A stretch of 45,022 nt of DNA from Candidatus Kaiserbacteria bacterium (GTDB lineage Bacteria; Patescibacteriota; Minisyncoccia; Phycocordibacterales; UBA918): assembly GCA_043719825.1 (NCBI GenBank), contig JAYSTK010000019.1:1-45022 (forward strand). The letters run 5' to 3'. This document shows, one piece after another, positions 40,558 to 45,022 of the stretch. Within the stretch, counting starts at the first letter, position 1, and each line of letters opens with the position of its first letter. The translations under genes and the position numbers were made by a program. The notes under the pieces were generated by a model. That model ran no database searches, had not been told where the DNA came from, and saw only the letters and a program-made list of their open reading frames with translations.

Positions 40558-41586
40558 ATGTTGTTTCTCCGGATACACTTGTATATAAGCATTTTTGCAA
40601 TTTTAGTCTGTGCATTCGTTCTTATCCTTGTCTCTATTCCAACATCAGTTAACGCAGCACTTTTGTATTTTGATCCAAGTGAAGCGTCCCTCTATAGAGG
40701 GGATACTGTAACCTTAAATCTCAGGATAGATACTGACGAAGGTGAGTGCATTAATACAGTTGACGCCGTAGTGAAGTACGGTGATGGGATACGTGCCGTT
40801 GATGTTTCTCGAGGTGATTCAATTCTCAATATATGGGTTGAAAATCCATTAATTGATGAAGTTAATAAAACAGTAACTTTTGCTGGTGGAATTCCTGGAG
40901 GATACTGTGGGAGAGCTCTCGGAGATCCGAGTCTTACCAATGTTATCGCAGCTATTGTTTTTAATTCCCCCGGTTTCAGTGTGGGCGGCACGAGCGTCCC
41001 CATTGTTGCTGTGGACATTGCTCCAGAATCACAAGTGTTGCTTCATGATGGGCTCGGTACTGTAGCAAATCTTAATACTCAGGGAACAAAAATTACTCTC
41101 CTTGCAACACCAGGTCAAACAGGAACTGATGCATGGAATGAGACGGTGAGTGAAGATCTCGTCCCTCCTTCAGATTTCAGTGTTGGCATTTCTCAAGACG
41201 AAACAGCTTTCAGCAATCAATATTTTATTGTTTTTAACACACAAGATAAACAATCGGGTATTGATCATTATGAGGTCATTGAAGAACCGCTCGAAGATTT
41301 CTATACGTTTACATGGGGTCGCGCTGACGCTCCGTGGCTTACCGTTGAAAGTCCCTATGTTCTAAAGGATCAAACACTTAATAGCACAATTCGAGTAAAA
41401 GCTATTGATAAAGCGGGGAATGAAAGGATCACAGTGCTTGTACCCGATAGTGCAATTAGATCTATTTCATTTAACCGGATGATTACCTATGCGCTCAGTG
41501 GAGTAATCGGAATAATTCTACTTATGGGGATTGTTTATATTCTTATAAAACGTAAAAGCAAACTTGAAGCAACCTATGAGCAATAA
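40558..41586 (+). CDS. cohesin-like domain protein with Ig-like domain and C-terminal TM anchor
   Basis: 342 aa with a signal anchor. LLYFDPSEASLYRGDTVTLNLRIDTDEGECINTVDAVVKYGDGIRAVDVSRGDSILNIWVENP...FAGGIPGGY follows the same block order as the other cohesin-like modules. The TM is near the C-terminus (VIGIILLMGIVYILI), with a short basic tail. Confidence 0.7.
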   Translation: MLFLRIHLYISIFAILVCAFVLILVSIPTSVNAALLYFDPSEASLYRGDTVTLNLRIDTDEGECINTVDAVVKYGDGIRAVDVSRGDSILNIWVENPLIDEVNKTVTFAGGIPGGYCGRALGDPSLTNVIAAIVFNSPGFSVGGTSVPIVAVDIAPESQVLLHDGLGTVANLNTQGTKITLLATPGQTGTDAWNETVSEDLVPPSDFSVGISQDETAFSNQYFIVFNTQDKQSGIDHYEVIEEPLEDFYTFTWGRADAPWLTVESPYVLKDQTLNSTIRVKAIDKAGNERITVLVPDSAIRSISFNRMITYALSGVIGIILLMGIVYILIKRKSKLEATYEQ

Positions 41587-43321
41587 ATGTGCATTGAATA
41601 TAGTATGGAGTGCAGCTCTACTCTTATTTGTTTTTATTATTCCCACATATGCTCTTGCTGCTACATTGCGATTAAGTCCAGAAACGGGCGTGTATACAGC
41701 GGGGAGCACATTTACCGCAAATGTAATTATTAATACTGATGGCAAATCAGTGAATGCCGCAGACGGACAACTTTCCTTCAATCCTAAAGAACTTTCTGTG
41801 GTAAGTGCAACTCGAGGAACCTCTATTTTTAATCTATGGACCCTCGAGCCAACATTTTCAAACAGTGCAGGAACTATTTCATTTGGTGGTGGATCACCAT
41901 CTGGCTATAAAGGATCCAATGGAACAATTATGTCGGTTACGTTCCGTACACAATCAGCAGGAACTCCCAAAGTTTCTTGGAAAAGTGGTTCCATTTTAGC
42001 AGCGGACGGACTAGGCACCAATATACTTACTTCGATGAACGGAGGCACCTACACAGTAGGTGCTAAAAGTGAAACACCACCTGCCGAGTACATTCCCCCC
42101 GCAAATACGCCAAAAGCTCCTACAATAACTTCATCTACACATTCAGATACTGAGCGTTGGTACAAAGAAAAAAATGCCGAACTCGCATGGAGTATCCCAA
42201 ATGATGTTATTGCAGTAAGAACTTTACTTGATAATTCAAAAGAAACTATACCGACAATTATTTATGATGAACCAATTACCAAAAAAAGTATTACTGCCTT
42301 ACATGAAGGAGTATCATATTTTCACATTCAATTCAAAAATGCAGATGGATGGGGAAGAATAACTCATTTTCCACTTCGCATTGATTCTGAAGCACCAAAG
42401 CGTTTTGATATAACAGAAACGGAAACAGATGCAGAAAAGCCCGTTCGTACACTCACGTTTGATATTGAAGACACATCGCCAATATCTAAATATGTTGTTC
42501 AAGTCGATGGTGGGGAACCCGTTGAATATATTGATACAAAAAATACGAAACAATATGAACTTAAGGATTTAAATCCAGGGAACCACACTGTGGTAATTGA
42601 GGCATTCGATAGTGCAGGAAATAGTCGCGTTGCTACATACTCCTTTACTATTGATTCGTTTGAACCACCAGTATTTACAGATTATCCGACACGACTTCAA
42701 ACTAATGTTATCCCTGCTCTAAAAGGAATGACTCGCCCTCGAGTACAGGTTTATATTGAAGTTAGAAAAGCTTCAGACGGAGCAATCGTAGGAGGTGAAA
42801 GCACCGATACTTCTAGTCCATCAAATATTACTGCAAACGAAAAAGGGGAATTTACGTATGTGCCTAATACTGCTTTTGAAAAAGGTGTATATATAATTAC
42901 TGCTACGGCTCGAGATGAATTCGGTAGGCAGAGTGAAAAATCTGAGGAAATTAGAATCATTGTCGATGCTCCGGGATATGTGGTTATTGGAACAATTGTG
43001 GTGAATGCACTTTCAGTCATTGTCCCTCTTATTGCACTCTGCCTCCTGCTCATTTTTGGTACATGGTTTCTTTTTCATAAACTAAGAGTATGGAAAAGAC
43101 GGGTGATGAGAGAAACGTTAGAAGCTGAAGATAAATTAAGAACAGAACTTGATGCTATTATCGACAACATGCATGCTCGTGTGAATGATCTAAAAGAATC
43201 ACGAAAGTCAAAATTGACTCAAGCAGAATCAGCACTCATCGAACAAATTGAACATGATGTTGCTTCAGCTCGAGAAAAAATCAAGAAGGAAATTACTGAT
43301 ATTGAACGTATTGTAGAATAA
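41576..43321 (+). CDS. cohesin-like domain protein with Ig-like domains, TM anchor and ~80-aa cytoplasmic coiled-coil tail
   Basis: The ATG at 41576 (MSNKCALNIVW...) overlaps the upstream gene by 11 nt. LRLSPETGVYTAGSTFTANVIINTDGKSVNAADGQLSFNPKELSVVSATRGTSIFNLWTLEPTFSNSAGTISFGGGSP...LAADGLGTNI is closely parallel to 10711-12243. The TM is at about 43015-43075, followed by a charged tail ending KEITDIERIVE. Confidence 0.8.
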   Translation: MSNKCALNIVWSAALLLFVFIIPTYALAATLRLSPETGVYTAGSTFTANVIINTDGKSVNAADGQLSFNPKELSVVSATRGTSIFNLWTLEPTFSNSAGTISFGGGSPSGYKGSNGTIMSVTFRTQSAGTPKVSWKSGSILAADGLGTNILTSMNGGTYTVGAKSETPPAEYIPPANTPKAPTITSSTHSDTERWYKEKNAELAWSIPNDVIAVRTLLDNSKETIPTIIYDEPITKKSITALHEGVSYFHIQFKNADGWGRITHFPLRIDSEAPKRFDITETETDAEKPVRTLTFDIEDTSPISKYVVQVDGGEPVEYIDTKNTKQYELKDLNPGNHTVVIEAFDSAGNSRVATYSFTIDSFEPPVFTDYPTRLQTNVIPALKGMTRPRVQVYIEVRKASDGAIVGGESTDTSSPSNITANEKGEFTYVPNTAFEKGVYIITATARDEFGRQSEKSEEIRIIVDAPGYVVIGTIVVNALSVIVPLIALCLLLIFGTWFLFHKLRVWKRRVMRETLEAEDKLRTELDAIIDNMHARVNDLKESRKSKLTQAESALIEQIEHDVASAREKIKKEITDIERIVE

Positions 43322-43328
43322 AAATGCT

Positions 43329-43985
43329 ATGAAAAATTATTTAACAGAACATCTTCTCATAGCAGGTAATGCTTTATTGCTTGCTGCTATTATCGCTCTC
43401 TCTGCATGGACGATTGAAAATACAAAAGCAAATACACTTTCGCTTTTACAAAGTAATATTGAAACACAAGTAACACACATAACGGAACTTGCAGAACTTA
43501 CTGATAGAAATGGCGCAGATGCTGTGACTGAAGAAATCATATCTGATTGTCCTCGCCGTGTAGAATTTGAAAATCAACTCATGCGCCTCGATAGCGCAAC
43601 AAAAAGAGAGCTCATTACAATTCAACAATTATTTGAAAGTTGTGGCACTTTTTTTGCTGAAAGAAAGGCACTTATGGTTTCTCGTTTAGAACGGGAATTC
43701 TTGAGTTTGAAAAATGATTTAGCCTTATTGAGTACCATTCGAGATCTATCATCTAATGAAGAGAAATTGAAGGAATGGGAAAAACTTATTGAATTAGAAA
43801 AAACGAGGAGTGCATTACTCGCAGAACAAACTGCAATTCAAGAAAAAATTATTAGTCTTCTCATGAGTGATACCAATGTGACTGTCGAAATCAATGTCCT
43901 TGTACGAGAAGCACAAAATGTGAGTCAATCATTATCTGTTACGGGCGCTCAAATTGATACGTTGACCAAAGAGCTCACTAACTAA
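43329..43985 (+). CDS. N-terminally anchored coiled-coil protein
   Basis: 218 aa. One N-terminal TM (LLIAGNALLLAAIIALSAWTI) is followed by heptad-like charged helical sequence. It is tightly packed between two cohesin genes. Confidence 0.6.
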   Translation: MKNYLTEHLLIAGNALLLAAIIALSAWTIENTKANTLSLLQSNIETQVTHITELAELTDRNGADAVTEEIISDCPRRVEFENQLMRLDSATKRELITIQQLFESCGTFFAERKALMVSRLEREFLSLKNDLALLSTIRDLSSNEEKLKEWEKLIELEKTRSALLAEQTAIQEKIISLLMSDTNVTVEINVLVREAQNVSQSLSVTGAQIDTLTKELTN

Positions 43986-43986
43986 T

Positions 43987-44727
43987 ATGCGTGATTGGCT
44001 TACTCGAATACTTTTTCCATCCTACTACCGCTCGCAACCGCGAAGTACCGTACGCTATGCCTTCCCTATCATAGCGCTCACTGCACTGTTTGCTGGGTTA
44101 GCTTCTGTCGTGAGTCAAGATTCTTCGTATATTATTGTTCAAACAACACCTTCAACTATTAAAGAAGGTGAAACATTTACTATTGAAGTAAGAGCCCATG
44201 CGAGCACTCCAGTGAATGCTGTAGATATCACACTTAACTATCCAGAAAATCAAATATCCATAGAGAGTATTGATAAAGGAACTTCCGTCATTACCCTATG
44301 GACACAGGATCCCTATGCAAGAAACGGCAAAATATACTTACGAGGTGGAGTCTTTCAAAAGGGATTTCTTGGTGAACATACAATTGCTCGTATCAGAGCA
44401 AAAGCGACTCAGGCTGGTCTTGCGTACGTGTCACTTGATACCGCCGCACTTATAGCTGGAGATGGTAAAGGAACAGAAGTAATTGTGGAGCGAACAAGTA
44501 AGGATGAAACTAGAATCCTAGTTCAGAATAAAGAGGGATCCCTCACCGGTGAGGCAAGTGTCGCTATTGTCACCGATATAGATGGTAGTGGGGGAGTTGA
44601 TATTAGAGACATATCAGCTTTTATGGCCGCGTGGTTTACAAAAGGTAAAGTGTTTGATTTTAACAATGATGGAAAGATGACTTTTAGAGATTTTTCAATT
44701 TTGCTTGCAGATTCATTTTTTAAGTGA
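43987..44727 (+). CDS. anchored protein carrying both a cohesin-like module and a dockerin (adaptor-type)
   Basis: 246 aa with an N-terminal TM. The cohesin-like module is IKEGETFTIEVRAHASTPVNAVDITLNYPENQISIESIDKGTSVITLWTQDP...LIAGDGKGTEV. The dockerin pair is DIDGSGGVDIRDISAFMAAWF and DFNNDGKMTFRDFSILLADSF. Confidence 0.75.
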   Translation: MRDWLTRILFPSYYRSQPRSTVRYAFPIIALTALFAGLASVVSQDSSYIIVQTTPSTIKEGETFTIEVRAHASTPVNAVDITLNYPENQISIESIDKGTSVITLWTQDPYARNGKIYLRGGVFQKGFLGEHTIARIRAKATQAGLAYVSLDTAALIAGDGKGTEVIVERTSKDETRILVQNKEGSLTGEASVAIVTDIDGSGGVDIRDISAFMAAWFTKGKVFDFNNDGKMTFRDFSILLADSFFK

Positions 44728-45022
44728 GCAAAGGAGCCAAAGACGACTATTGCGAACTTACGCAGGCGAATTAGAAAAATAGCGAGACCTAACGAGCATT
44801 TTTTTCTTATTCGGCAGTGCTAGTACAGGGTTGCCGGTTACTCGAATGTAGTCACTCTTTCAAATCAAACCCCTCTCTGCAGTTATCTGTTGATAATCCT
44901 GTGGAGAAAGCGTGTACAGATTGGTACTATTATGGGTATAAGGTGAATTAGGCAATTTATCTTGTGACGTAGAGCATGAGAAAACGGAAAACAATAAAAA
45001 CGGCATTGATTCTGAACAAACA

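Noticed and set aside
44728-44800. tmRNA or another small RNA after the last gene. gcc aaa gac gac tat tgc gaa ctt acg cag gcg aat tag could be read as a tag-like peptide AKDDYCELTQAN*.
   Set aside because: The peptide does not end in the usual hydrophobic Ala-rich degron. No tRNA-like acceptor/T-arm sequence (GGTTCGAATCC-type, CCA end) is visible in 44728-45022.
1-45022. Alternative genetic code (UGA recoded, as in some CPR lineages).
   Set aside because: TGA ends several well-delimited genes (6398-6400, 10689-10691, 44725-44727), each followed immediately by the next gene or by non-coding sequence. All protein families read through cleanly with code 11.
1-45022. Mobile elements (IS, prophage, integrative element) as an explanation for the accessory-looking surface locus.
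   Set aside because: I recognised no transposase, integrase, recombinase, terminal inverted repeats, tRNA attachment site or phage structural operon. The tail-collar-like modules are internal domains of the giant ORF, not phage genes.

Overview
This is a 45-kb, moderately AT-rich bacterial window using the standard genetic code: TAA, TAG and TGA all end well-supported ORFs, and one 16.8-kb ORF is uninterrupted. All credible genes but one are on the + strand. I recognised no rRNA, tRNA, CRISPR array, transposase or integrase. Positions 1-3381 hold a membrane CAP/SCP-domain protein followed by an SOS-mutagenesis set, umuD - cupin - umuC. Positions ~3400-44727 form one continuous cell-envelope locus made almost entirely of signal-peptide or membrane-anchored beta-rich proteins. 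(i) Four proteins carry cohesin-like modules and three carry dockerins, with no glycoside hydrolase present. (ii) Four proteins share a C-terminal beta module and two are DUF916/CscA-like anchored proteins, an arrangement resembling Firmicute WxL/Csc surface clusters. (iii) A 5590-aa membrane-anchored protein contains a tail-collar-like triplet, an FN3-like pair, eight W-x-G-x-x-W repeats, three 2.3-2.7 kb beta-solenoid super-repeats, DUF2341 plus a LamG-like region, and the shared C-terminal module. (iv) Two tandem membrane-anchored FGE/SUMF1-fold proteins lack the FGE catalytic cysteines. (v) A MacB/FtsX-type ABC ATPase and permease are separated by an antisense orphan gene. The gene content, the absence of Shine-Dalgarno motifs and the style of the giant protein suggest a Candidate Phyla Radiation (Patescibacteria/Parcubacteria-like) organism; that is inference only. 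Non-coding highlights are three covarying structured elements that start at or next to stop codons (29098-29311, 30915-31037, 32521-32644), a second ~100-nt structured repeat upstream of the ABC ATPase and of the last cohesin operon, and a recurrent GAGCATAG box.
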